Of a stretch of 46,167 bases of DNA, positions 26,858 through 35,071 are shown in pieces. A program made the position numbers and the translations under genes. The notes beneath the pieces are model-generated. The model was given only the letters and a program-made list of their open reading frames with translations. It ran no database searches and was not told the origin of the DNA. The DNA is from an uncultured bacterium (GTDB lineage: Bacteria; Fidelibacterota; Marinisomatia; Marinisomatales; UBA1611): assembly GCA_964478995.1 (NCBI GenBank), contig CAYZJY010000004.1:1-46167 (forward strand). Reading direction: 5' to 3'. Numbering within the stretch: position 1 is the stretch's first letter; the number at the start of each line of letters is the position of its first letter.

Positions 26858-28861
26858 ATGGCAGATTTTAAAATGCATTCAGAATTCACACCACAAGGTG
26901 ATCAACCTCGTGCTATTAGTGAATTAGTAAGTGGTTTGGGTAATAGAGAAAAGTATCAGACCTTATTAGGTGTTACCGGTTCAGGAAAAACATTTTCAAT
27001 TGCTAATGTAATAAAGGAGGTCCAGAGGCCAACTTTGATCATGTCTCATAATAAGACCTTGGCAGCACAGTTGTATGGTGAATTCAAGCAACTATTTCCT
27101 GAAAATGCTGTAGAATATTTTATTAGTTATTATGATTATTACCAACCTGAAGCATATTTGCCAGTTACAGATACATTCATTGAAAAAGATAGTTCAGTGA
27201 ATGAAGAAATCGATAAACTTAGATTAAAGGCTACCAGTTCTCTAATGTCAAGAGAGGACGTAATTGTTGTTAGTTCAGTTTCATGTATATATGGCATTGG
27301 CTCGCCGGATGAGTATTCTAAGGGCACTGTAAAAATATCTAAGGGTGATACGCTTGATAGGCGATCATTTCTTGCAAAAATGGTTCACATACATTATTCA
27401 AGAAATGACAAAGTCCTAGAGAGAGGCAATATCCGTGTTCGTGGAGATGTAATGGAAGTTTATCCAGCATATGAAGATACTTGCATTAGAATTGAACTTT
27501 TTGGGAATGAGGTTGACCAGATCAATAGATTTGATCCTATTACAGGAGAAATAAAAGAGGAATTAGATATCGTTGTAATATTTCCTGCAAAACATTTTAT
27601 TACGGATAAAGAGACCATTTTAAATGTAATAGAAAAGATACGACATGAATTATCTGAAAGACTTGAATCTTTACGAAAAAATAATAAACTATTAGAGGCA
27701 CAGCGTTTAGAACAGCGAACAAATTTTGATATTGAAATGATGATAGAGTTGGGCTATTGCGCAGGCATAGAAAATTATTCCCGATTTTTTGCTGGCCGTG
27801 AACCTGGAGAAAGACCATATACTTTGATAGATTTTTTCCCTGAAGATTTTTTAACAATACTAGATGAGTCTCATGTCACATTGCCACAAATACAAGCAAT
27901 GTACAATGGCGATAGGGCACGTAAGGAGACTCTAGTTGAGCATGGTTTTAGATTGCCTAGTGCATTAGATAATAGACCACTTAAATACGATGAATTCCAC
28001 AGTGCGCAAAACCAAGTGATCTTCACATCTGCAACGCCATCCCAAAGAGAGATGGACTTTTGTAATGGAGTCATCATAGAACAGGTTATTCGCCCAACTG
28101 GACTACTTGATCCTGAGGTTGAAATTAGACCATCAATGGGGCAGATCGATGACCTTATTGGTGAGATACGTTTCCGTACACAAAAAAATGAAAGGACATT
28201 AATTACTACATTGACCAAGCGTATGGCAGAAGATCTGACAGAGTATCTAACAAGTTTAAATATTCGTGTCAGGTATCTTCATTCTGAGGTTGAGACCTTG
28301 GAGAGAGTTCATATTTTGCGAGAGTTAAGGATAGGTGCATTTGATGTCCTGGTTGGAATTAATCTATTGAGAGAAGGTTTGGATCTTCCAGAGGTTAGTT
28401 TAGTTGCGGTCATTGATGCTGACAAAGAAGGATTTTTGAGGTCCAAGAGTTCGTTACTTCAGGTTGCAGGACGTGCGGCTAGAAATGAATCGGGATTGGT
28501 CATACTATACGGAGATAGACAAACTGAAGCAATGTTGCACTTGATCGAGACAAGCAAAGAAAGAAGAGAAATTCAGAGAGAGTTCAATGAGAAAAATAAC
28601 ATTGTTCCTAAAACGGTATATAAATCTATTGATGAAATATTGGACTCCACTGCGGTTGCAGATTCAATGAAAGAGAACGCTGAAGTATCCATGCCTATCT
28701 TTGATAAAGATCAAATAACCAACGAGGATAAAGAAATGATACTCGATGAACTTCGTAAGGCAATGTTATCTGCAGCAGAGGAATTAGAATTTGAAAAGGC
28801 TGCAAAGATCCGTGACGAGATAGTTGAATTTGAAAAAGATCTTGGAATAGCCACTGCATGA
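26858..28861 (+). CDS. uvrB: Excinuclease ABC subunit B
   Basis: 667 aa with PQGDQPRAI, Walker A GVTGSGKT, YYDYYQPEAY (beta-hairpin region), DESHVTLPQ, helicase motifs and a C-terminal UVR domain LEFEKAAKIRDEI. Confidence 0.97.
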   Translation: MADFKMHSEFTPQGDQPRAISELVSGLGNREKYQTLLGVTGSGKTFSIANVIKEVQRPTLIMSHNKTLAAQLYGEFKQLFPENAVEYFISYYDYYQPEAYLPVTDTFIEKDSSVNEEIDKLRLKATSSLMSREDVIVVSSVSCIYGIGSPDEYSKGTVKISKGDTLDRRSFLAKMVHIHYSRNDKVLERGNIRVRGDVMEVYPAYEDTCIRIELFGNEVDQINRFDPITGEIKEELDIVVIFPAKHFITDKETILNVIEKIRHELSERLESLRKNNKLLEAQRLEQRTNFDIEMMIELGYCAGIENYSRFFAGREPGERPYTLIDFFPEDFLTILDESHVTLPQIQAMYNGDRARKETLVEHGFRLPSALDNRPLKYDEFHSAQNQVIFTSATPSQREMDFCNGVIIEQVIRPTGLLDPEVEIRPSMGQIDDLIGEIRFRTQKNERTLITTLTKRMAEDLTEYLTSLNIRVRYLHSEVETLERVHILRELRIGAFDVLVGINLLREGLDLPEVSLVAVIDADKEGFLRSKSSLLQVAGRAARNESGLVILYGDRQTEAMLHLIETSKERREIQREFNEKNNIVPKTVYKSIDEILDSTAVADSMKENAEVSMPIFDKDQITNEDKEMILDELRKAMLSAAEELEFEKAAKIRDEIVEFEKDLGIATA

Positions 28862-28888
28862 ATATTATGCAAGATAAGGAGTAGTTTT

Positions 28889-30109
28889 ATGTTTGATATA
28901 GATAGATTGCAAAAACAATCTGGAATAATTGGTACCTCTGCAGGTATTCGTCAAGTACTTGAGATGATAACACAGGTAGCGCCAGTAGATATATCCGTAT
29001 TGATAACTGGAGAATCAGGGACAGGAAAGGAAGTGGTAGCGAAGGCAATCCATCAATTCAGTAAGAGGAATAATGAAAACCTTGTTGTTGTTAATTGTGG
29101 TGCGATTCCTGAAGGAATAATTGAATCTGAATTGTTTGGTCATAAGAAAGGTTCATTTACAGGAGCAGGGGAAGATAGGAAGGGGTATTTTGAACAAGCA
29201 AATAAGGGCACCATTTTTTTAGATGAGATAGGTGAGGCACCTCTTGAGACGCAGGTAAAATTATTGAGAGTGCTTGAAAGTGGGGAATTCATGCGTGTAG
29301 GCGAAGCCACAACTCGCAAAACAGATGTAAGGGTCATAGCAGCGACAAATAAAAATCTATCAGAATTAGTACAGAATGGTAATTTTAGACAAGATCTATA
29401 TTTTAGGCTTAAAACTGTTTCCATAAAAATACCATCATTACGTGATAGAGTAGAGGACATAAATGCATTCATTGAAAGATTTGCACTTGAGTTCACCAGA
29501 TCAAATGACATTAGATATCGTGGTTTCATGCCTGATGCAATACGACTAATGAAACAGTACGAATGGCCAGGCAATGTAAGAGAGTTAAAACATTTTGTTG
29601 AAAAGGTATTAGTTCTTGAAAAAGGTGAGAGAATTACCGCAGATGCAGTTAAGCGTGAACTTACAGATGTGTTACCTGAAAAATCATCCTTTAATCCTGC
29701 TCTGCCTGTATTGATATCACAATCTTCTGATAAGGCTGAGATAGATTTAATTTTACGGCAATTATTTATGCTTAAGCAAGATACAGAATTAATACAAAAA
29801 TTATTGGTTAGCGGATCAGTTACCCAACCTGTCAATGCTGGATTTCCTGAGATTGATTCAGCCGATAAGGGACTTAAAATACCGCAGAGATCCATGGAAA
29901 TAGTAGAAGATGGTTATAGATTTATCCGAGATGAAGCAATAGGAGACATGCTGATCAAGGATCTTGAAAAAGAAGCAATCAAACGTACATTGAAATTTTT
30001 TAATAATAATAGGCGTAAGACGGCAAGGTCATTAGGTACGAGTGAGAGGACATTATATCGTAAAATAGAGGAATTTGGAATAGAACCAAAAATCAAGAAG
30101 AGGAAATAA
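28889..30109 (+). CDS. Sigma-54-dependent transcriptional activator (bacterial enhancer-binding protein) lacking an N-terminal sensory/receiver domain
   Basis: 406 aa. The AAA+ domain begins at about residue 12 with Walker A GESGTGKE, sigma-54 contact loop GSFTGA, Walker B IFLDEIGE, RQDLYFRL and WPGNVREL. A ~100-aa linker precedes a Fis-type HTH RKTARSLGTSERTLYRKI. AAGGAG lies upstream of the ATG. Confidence 0.92.
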   Translation: MFDIDRLQKQSGIIGTSAGIRQVLEMITQVAPVDISVLITGESGTGKEVVAKAIHQFSKRNNENLVVVNCGAIPEGIIESELFGHKKGSFTGAGEDRKGYFEQANKGTIFLDEIGEAPLETQVKLLRVLESGEFMRVGEATTRKTDVRVIAATNKNLSELVQNGNFRQDLYFRLKTVSIKIPSLRDRVEDINAFIERFALEFTRSNDIRYRGFMPDAIRLMKQYEWPGNVRELKHFVEKVLVLEKGERITADAVKRELTDVLPEKSSFNPALPVLISQSSDKAEIDLILRQLFMLKQDTELIQKLLVSGSVTQPVNAGFPEIDSADKGLKIPQRSMEIVEDGYRFIRDEAIGDMLIKDLEKEAIKRTLKFFNNNRRKTARSLGTSERTLYRKIEEFGIEPKIKKRK

Positions 30110-30110
30110 T

Positions 30111-30659
30111 ATGCAACATATTATCATTTTCTTTCATTTTATTTTAGTATCCTGCGGGTTCTATTCAATGGCCGGTTCAATACCTCCTCATATTAAATCA
30201 ATAGCAATCCCCTTAATGGAAAACCAAACTGCTGAGTTTGGATTGGCAGAGAGTATTACGGATGGAATCTTGGAGCAATTCAATGATGCGGGAATCTTAT
30301 CCGTTACAGATCAAAATGTTGCTCATTCGATATTAAAAGGCACGGTGAAAAAGATAAGTGAGGGACCCTACACATATAGTAAAGAAGAGTCAGTTACAGA
30401 ATATCGGTATAAAATTGATGTCAAGATAGAGTGGTTTGATATTGCAAATGAAAAAAACATACTAGAGGGTGTCTATTCTGCATTTGGTGCCTATGGTCTT
30501 AGTGGAAATATTGCTGCTGATGGAATTGATAATGATAATGATGGTAAAATAGACGATGAAGATGACGATGAATTTGGGGAACCTAGGAGTTTTGCAACTA
30601 AGGTGGCCGTTCGTAAAATTGCAGAGGACATTTTGAATGATATTATGACAACGTGGTAA
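30111..30659 (+). CDS. lptE: LptE-like outer-membrane lipoprotein with an acidic EF-hand-like insertion
   Basis: 182 aa with lipobox L-V-S-C (Cys15). The N-terminal pattern IAIPLMENQTAEFGLAESITDGILEQF resembles LptE/RlpB-family proteins. Its position directly after a receiver-less sigma-54 EBP matches the arrangement I recall from Bacteroidota. The assignment rests on pattern and synteny only. Confidence 0.55.
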   Translation: MQHIIIFFHFILVSCGFYSMAGSIPPHIKSIAIPLMENQTAEFGLAESITDGILEQFNDAGILSVTDQNVAHSILKGTVKKISEGPYTYSKEESVTEYRYKIDVKIEWFDIANEKNILEGVYSAFGAYGLSGNIAADGIDNDNDGKIDDEDDDEFGEPRSFATKVAVRKIAEDILNDIMTTW

Positions 30660-30669
30660 AGGAAAGAGA

Positions 30670-31965
30670 ATGGATATAGTAAATATTAAGGATTTAAATA
30701 GATACGAAGGTCAAGATGTTGAATTAAAAGGCTGGGTATACAACATAAGAAATGTAGGTAAAATATGGTTTATCATCTTTAGAGATGGTACAGGTTTATT
30801 GCAAGGAGTTGTCGTAAAAGGTGAGGCCACTGATGAGACTTTTTCCTTGGAACATGAATTGAGTCAAGAAGACTCAGTAATTATCAGTGGAACTGTAAAA
30901 AAAGAGCCACGTTCAGTTGGTGGGTATGAGTTAGGTGTCAAGGAGATAAAGGTAGTCAATCATGTTAGGGATGAATTTCCAATCTCACCCAAGGAGCATG
31001 GAGCAGACTTTCTTATGTCAAATAGACATCTTTGGCTAAGATCAAAACGACAAAATGCGATCATGAGAGTTCGTCATCAAGTGGTAAAGGCAATTCGTGA
31101 TTATTTCGATACAAATGGTTTTACTTTGATTGATTCTCCAATCTTTACAGGAAATGCTGTTGAAGGCACAACCACGCTATTTGAAGTAGATTACTTTGAA
31201 CGTTCGGCTTATTTAACCCAAAGTGGACAACTATACCAAGAAGCTGGCGCAACTGCTTTTGGTAAGACTTATTGTTTTGGCCCAACCTTTCGTGCTGAAA
31301 AGTCTAAAACACGGAGACACTTAACGGAATTTTGGATGGTGGAACCAGAGATGGCTTATGTAGACCTTGATGAAAATATGACCTGGGCAGAGAATTTAGT
31401 TGGATTCATTATTGAGAGAGTACTAGAACACTGCATCCAAGAACTTGAAGTTTTGGAAAGAGATTTAACTGTTCTTAAATCTGTAATCCCTCCATTTCCT
31501 AGGATCACCTATGATGAGGCAGCACAGTTACTGAAGGAAAAAGGTAGTGATTTTCAATACGGCAATGATTTTGGGGCACCTGATGAAACCCTTTTATCTG
31601 AACAATTTGATAAGCCACTAATGATACATAGGTGGCCTGCTGACATAAAGGCATTCTATATGAAAAGAGATGAACAAAATAATGAACTTGCATTAGGTAT
31701 CGATATGATAGCACCTGAAGGTTATGGTGAAATCATTGGAGGAGGTCAAAGAGAAGATGATCTTGACATATTAATTGATAGAATACGCCATCATGACCTT
31801 CCACTTGAGCCATTCCAATGGTACCTTGATCTTCGAAAATATGGATCAGTTCCTCATTCTGGTTTTGGTCTAGGTCTAGAAAGGACAGTGGCATGGATAT
31901 GCGGAACAAAACATATACGCGAAACAATTCCTTTTCCAAGAACAATGTCTAGGTTAGAGCCCTAG
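30670..31965 (+). CDS. asnS: Asparagine--tRNA ligase
   Basis: 431 aa class IIb synthetase with an OB-fold N-domain, FRAEKSKTRRHLTEFWMVEPEMAY (motif 2 region typical of AsnRS) and GFGLGLERTVAWICG (motif 3). Confidence 0.93.
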   Translation: MDIVNIKDLNRYEGQDVELKGWVYNIRNVGKIWFIIFRDGTGLLQGVVVKGEATDETFSLEHELSQEDSVIISGTVKKEPRSVGGYELGVKEIKVVNHVRDEFPISPKEHGADFLMSNRHLWLRSKRQNAIMRVRHQVVKAIRDYFDTNGFTLIDSPIFTGNAVEGTTTLFEVDYFERSAYLTQSGQLYQEAGATAFGKTYCFGPTFRAEKSKTRRHLTEFWMVEPEMAYVDLDENMTWAENLVGFIIERVLEHCIQELEVLERDLTVLKSVIPPFPRITYDEAAQLLKEKGSDFQYGNDFGAPDETLLSEQFDKPLMIHRWPADIKAFYMKRDEQNNELALGIDMIAPEGYGEIIGGGQREDDLDILIDRIRHHDLPLEPFQWYLDLRKYGSVPHSGFGLGLERTVAWICGTKHIRETIPFPRTMSRLEP

Positions 31966-32426
31966 TGGAACGACTAAAGAGAGTATCAGTATTTGGAGGA
32001 CGTTCAATCACCAATTCAGTGTATGATAATACTATTAAAATAGGTAGCAAACTTGCTGAAGAAGGTTGCCTCGTATTTTGTGGGGGAGGCGAGGGTGTAA
32101 TGGAAGCAATCTCAAAAGGTGTAAAGAACAAGAATGGAACTGTGGTAGGGATACTCAAAGGACAGGATATTAAAGAAGCGAATGATTACCTAACTATCCC
32201 AATTTCAACTGGTATAGGGATTGCTCGGAATGCAATTCTGGCATATAATTGCGATGTGGCAATTGCAATTTCTGGTCAATATGGTACATTAAGTGAAATT
32301 GCTTATGCATTTCAATTAGACAAGCCTGTAATTGGTTTTGAGACATGGGATATTGAGAATATCATAAAAGCTGAATCTCCCAATGATGTAATGATTAAAT
32401 TGAGAAAGGAATTAAAAAATGTTTAG
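31965..32426 (+). CDS. TIGR00725 / LOG-like (SLOG superfamily) Rossmann-fold protein
   Basis: 153 aa with a GTG start overlapping the asnS stop (TAGTG). It has VSVFGG, CGGGEGVMEAISKGVKNKNGTVVGI and ISGQYGTLSEIAYA, a LOG-type PGGxGTxxE-like motif. Confidence 0.7.
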   Translation: MERLKRVSVFGGRSITNSVYDNTIKIGSKLAEEGCLVFCGGGEGVMEAISKGVKNKNGTVVGILKGQDIKEANDYLTIPISTGIGIARNAILAYNCDVAIAISGQYGTLSEIAYAFQLDKPVIGFETWDIENIIKAESPNDVMIKLRKELKNV

Positions 32427-32694
32427 GATTCGTGTTATGATATCTGGAGATGTTCAGGGAGTTTGGTTTAGGGTTAGTGCCCAAGATAAGGCAAATGAAT
32501 TAGGATTGACTGGATGGGTGAAAAACCTTTTTTCAAATGCAGTAGAAATAATTGCCGATGGAGAAAGGGATAATCTATCTACTTTTACTGGTTGGCTTCA
32601 AGAAGGTCCACCAAATGCGACTGTTAATAAGATAAGCATTGAGTGGGAGAAAATACACGAAAAAGAATTTTCATCTTTTGAGATTCATAGATGA
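32419..32694 (+). CDS. acyP: Acylphosphatase
   Basis: 91 aa with VSGDVQGVWFRVSAQDKANELGLTGWVKN (the acylphosphatase V-x-G-x-V-Q-G-V-x-F-R signature) and EGPPNATVNKI. Confidence 0.92.
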   Translation: MFRIRVMISGDVQGVWFRVSAQDKANELGLTGWVKNLFSNAVEIIADGERDNLSTFTGWLQEGPPNATVNKISIEWEKIHEKEFSSFEIHR

Positions 32695-34298
32695 AGGTTG
32701 CACTATGCCAAATTAATACAATCCTTGGCAACTTTGACCATAATCGTGAAAAAATAATAAAGTATTACAATAATAGCATTGAATTAAATTCTGATATTGT
32801 TGTATTTCCTGAATTATCAATAACTGGTTACCCTCCACAAGACCTTCTTTTGGATGTTGAATTTCTCAATGAGAATCTTAATACATTGCATTCCATAGCT
32901 CGTATTTCTACAGTTCCTCTTATTATTGGTTATGTAAGAAAAGAAGGAAAAAATATCTATAATTCTGCAGCAGTATGTTATGATGGTGAGGTGCAGTCCT
33001 CCTATGATAAGATTCTTCTTCCTACCTATGATGTTTTTGATGAGGATCGTTATTTTACAAGTGGTTTGGAACCCAATGTTAGCATAGTACCAATTGGCAA
33101 TAAAAAACAACTAAAGGTAGGATTACAAATATGTGAGGATCTATGGGATAATGGGTATGATTGCAAGGTAAGTAAAATGCAAAAGAAATTAGGTGCAGAG
33201 ATCATCATAAATATTTCTGCTTCTCCATTTCATAAAGACCGTTTGATAAAAAGACGTTCCTTAATTCAAGAAAAGGTCAATGAGACAAAGTTGCCATTTC
33301 TTTATTGTAACATGGTTGGAGCACAAGATGAATTGATCTTTGATGGACAATCAATTGGGATATCCAAAAATGGTAATTTGATTGCTTATGGTAATCCATT
33401 TGAAGAGCAGATAATCCAAGTAGATACTGATTGCACTGATGAGATCAATATTTCCTATATATCAGCAGAAGAAAAGATGTATAAGGCATTGTGTCTTGGG
33501 GTTAAAGATTATTTTGATAAAACTGGACATGATGAGGCTGTATTAGGTCTTTCCGGAGGCATTGATAGTGCTTTGGTTGCATCAATTGCCACTGATGCAT
33601 TAGGCCCAGATAAGGTTCACGGAGTATCACTTCCATCAAAATATTCAAGTCACCATAGCCTTTCTGATGCTAAAGACCTAGCCAATTCCCTTGGTATTGA
33701 TTACATGGTGATTCCAATCCAAAAATCGGTAAATGAATTGGAATTATCTTTAAAGCCATATTTTCAGGGTAAACAGAAAAATGTTGCAGAAGAAAATATT
33801 CAGGCACGAGTAAGAGGTAACTTGTTAATGGCATTATCAAATAAGTTTGGTTGGATGGTTCTTTCCACAGGGAATAAAACAGAATTAGCATTAGGATATT
33901 GTACTTTATATGGAGATATGAGTGGAGGACTATCCGTGATATCCGATTTGAGTAAAATTGACGTATATGCGTTATCAAAGTGGATAAATACCATACACCC
34001 TGGTCGCATACCGCAGGGGACCTTGGATAAACCACCATCTGCAGAATTGGCACCAGAGCAATTAGATCCTTTCGACTATGATGTTGTAAGTCCTCTTGTA
34101 GATGCCATCATAGAGGAAGGTAAGACGATTCCCGAATTACATGGGTCTGGATTTGATGAAGATTTAGTAAATTCGATTTATAAAAAAATAAGACTAAGTG
34201 AATATAAGCGGCGTCAAGCAGCGCCTGGTCTTAGAGTATCATCAAAGGCTTTTGGCATGGGAAGGAGGTACCCATTGGTCAATCATTTTAAAAGTTAG
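32691..34298 (+). CDS. nadE: Glutamine-dependent NAD(+) synthetase
   Basis: 535 aa. The N-terminal CN-hydrolase domain has VVFPELSITGYPPQDL and LQICEDLW (catalytic Cys). The C-terminal NAD synthetase domain has VLGLSGGIDSALVA (PP-loop SGGxDS), TGNKTELALGY and KPPSAEL. Confidence 0.95.
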   Translation: MKVALCQINTILGNFDHNREKIIKYYNNSIELNSDIVVFPELSITGYPPQDLLLDVEFLNENLNTLHSIARISTVPLIIGYVRKEGKNIYNSAAVCYDGEVQSSYDKILLPTYDVFDEDRYFTSGLEPNVSIVPIGNKKQLKVGLQICEDLWDNGYDCKVSKMQKKLGAEIIINISASPFHKDRLIKRRSLIQEKVNETKLPFLYCNMVGAQDELIFDGQSIGISKNGNLIAYGNPFEEQIIQVDTDCTDEINISYISAEEKMYKALCLGVKDYFDKTGHDEAVLGLSGGIDSALVASIATDALGPDKVHGVSLPSKYSSHHSLSDAKDLANSLGIDYMVIPIQKSVNELELSLKPYFQGKQKNVAEENIQARVRGNLLMALSNKFGWMVLSTGNKTELALGYCTLYGDMSGGLSVISDLSKIDVYALSKWINTIHPGRIPQGTLDKPPSAELAPEQLDPFDYDVVSPLVDAIIEEGKTIPELHGSGFDEDLVNSIYKKIRLSEYKRRQAAPGLRVSSKAFGMGRRYPLVNHFKS

Positions 34299-34305
34299 AT
34301 TAGCA

Positions 34306-34737
34306 ATGAATAGACTAGTACTAATATTTATTTTTCTTTTTTCAGCACTGTATGGACAGAATACTTTACCAGCGGATTTTTGGATTGGTAATACCCAAGA
34401 AGAAAAAATTGCATTTATTAATGGTGCCTATGGAGCTATTGCTAAAATGAAATCTCATCACAAGTCAGAGGTCCGTAAACAATACATGCATGATGATAAT
34501 TGGGTCGAGCCATACTACATTGAACGTTTTTATCAAATTGCAGATGAATATTTATCGGATGAGGTTGGATATAATTTGAAGATAATTGCAATGCACATGG
34601 ATGCCTTTTATACAAATTCAGATAATTTGAAGATACCAGTTATGGAAGCTCTAAGAGTTGTCTCCCTAATGCAGGATGGTGAAAGAAAAACGGCCAATGC
34701 ACGTTTATTACGAGCACAACAAAAACACAACAAATAA
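34306..34737 (+). CDS. Secreted hypothetical protein
   Basis: 143 aa from the ATG at 34306 (MNRLVLIFIFLFSALYGQ signal peptide). The listed start at 34198 lies inside nadE. I recognise no motifs. The gene ends in three consecutive in-frame stops TAA-TGA-TAG. Confidence 0.6.
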   Translation: MNRLVLIFIFLFSALYGQNTLPADFWIGNTQEEKIAFINGAYGAIAKMKSHHKSEVRKQYMHDDNWVEPYYIERFYQIADEYLSDEVGYNLKIIAMHMDAFYTNSDNLKIPVMEALRVVSLMQDGERKTANARLLRAQQKHNK

Positions 34738-34755
34738 TGATAGCAGGTAAATATT

Positions 34756-35022
34756 ATCAAGATTGAGGTAAGGAAAATAAATCAAGATGACCTTGAAAGA
34801 CTTAATGTCTTATCATGGCCTATATGGTCTTGTGAGAAATCCAAGTTTCCCTGGTATTATGAAAAAAAAGAGTCATGTTACATTATTAAAGGATATATTG
34901 AGGTTGAAACTGAAAATGAAACGATCCAAATAAAAGAACAGGATTTTGTGACATTTCCTAAAGGGCTTTCTTGTTGGTGGAATGTGAAAAAGTCTGTCAA
35001 AAAACATTATATCTTTGAATAA
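34756..35022 (+). CDS. DUF861-type small cupin (cupin_3) with no canonical start codon (ATC/ATT start or start-codon/frameshift lesion)
   Basis: This ORF is not in the supplied track. It is open from 34744 to TAA 35020-35022 and translates as ..IIKIEVRKINQDDLERLNVLSWPIWSCEKSKFPWYYEKKESCYIIKGYIEVETENETIQIKEQDFVTFPKGLSCWWNVKKSVKKHYIFE. That closely follows the family pattern I recall (MKIEV..., SWPIWE, W.Y...E.CY.L.G...V, V.FP.GL.C.W.V...V.KHY.F). The first in-frame ATG/GTG/TTG is GTG at 34948, far too late. AGGT lies 8 nt upstream of ATC 34756. Confidence 0.6.
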   Translation: MKIEVRKINQDDLERLNVLSWPIWSCEKSKFPWYYEKKESCYIIKGYIEVETENETIQIKEQDFVTFPKGLSCWWNVKKSVKKHYIFE

Positions 35023-35071
35023 ATAAAATATTTTCTCTATACAAGTTGTTTAATATTGATATTTATCTCTT

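Noticed and set aside
29140-29895. 251-aa antisense ORF lying entirely within the sigma-54 activator gene
   Set aside because: The sense strand encodes a complete, motif-perfect AAA+ EBP. The antisense translation is Ser/Leu/Cys-rich low-complexity sequence with no motifs and no upstream RBS or promoter gap. Long antisense frames of this kind can arise by chance.
34861-34870. A8 homopolymer inside the cupin ORF as a possible phase-variation tract
   Set aside because: It reads in frame as Glu-Lys-Lys-Glu within a conserved-looking block. A-runs are common in this AT-rich genome, and nothing suggests slippage.
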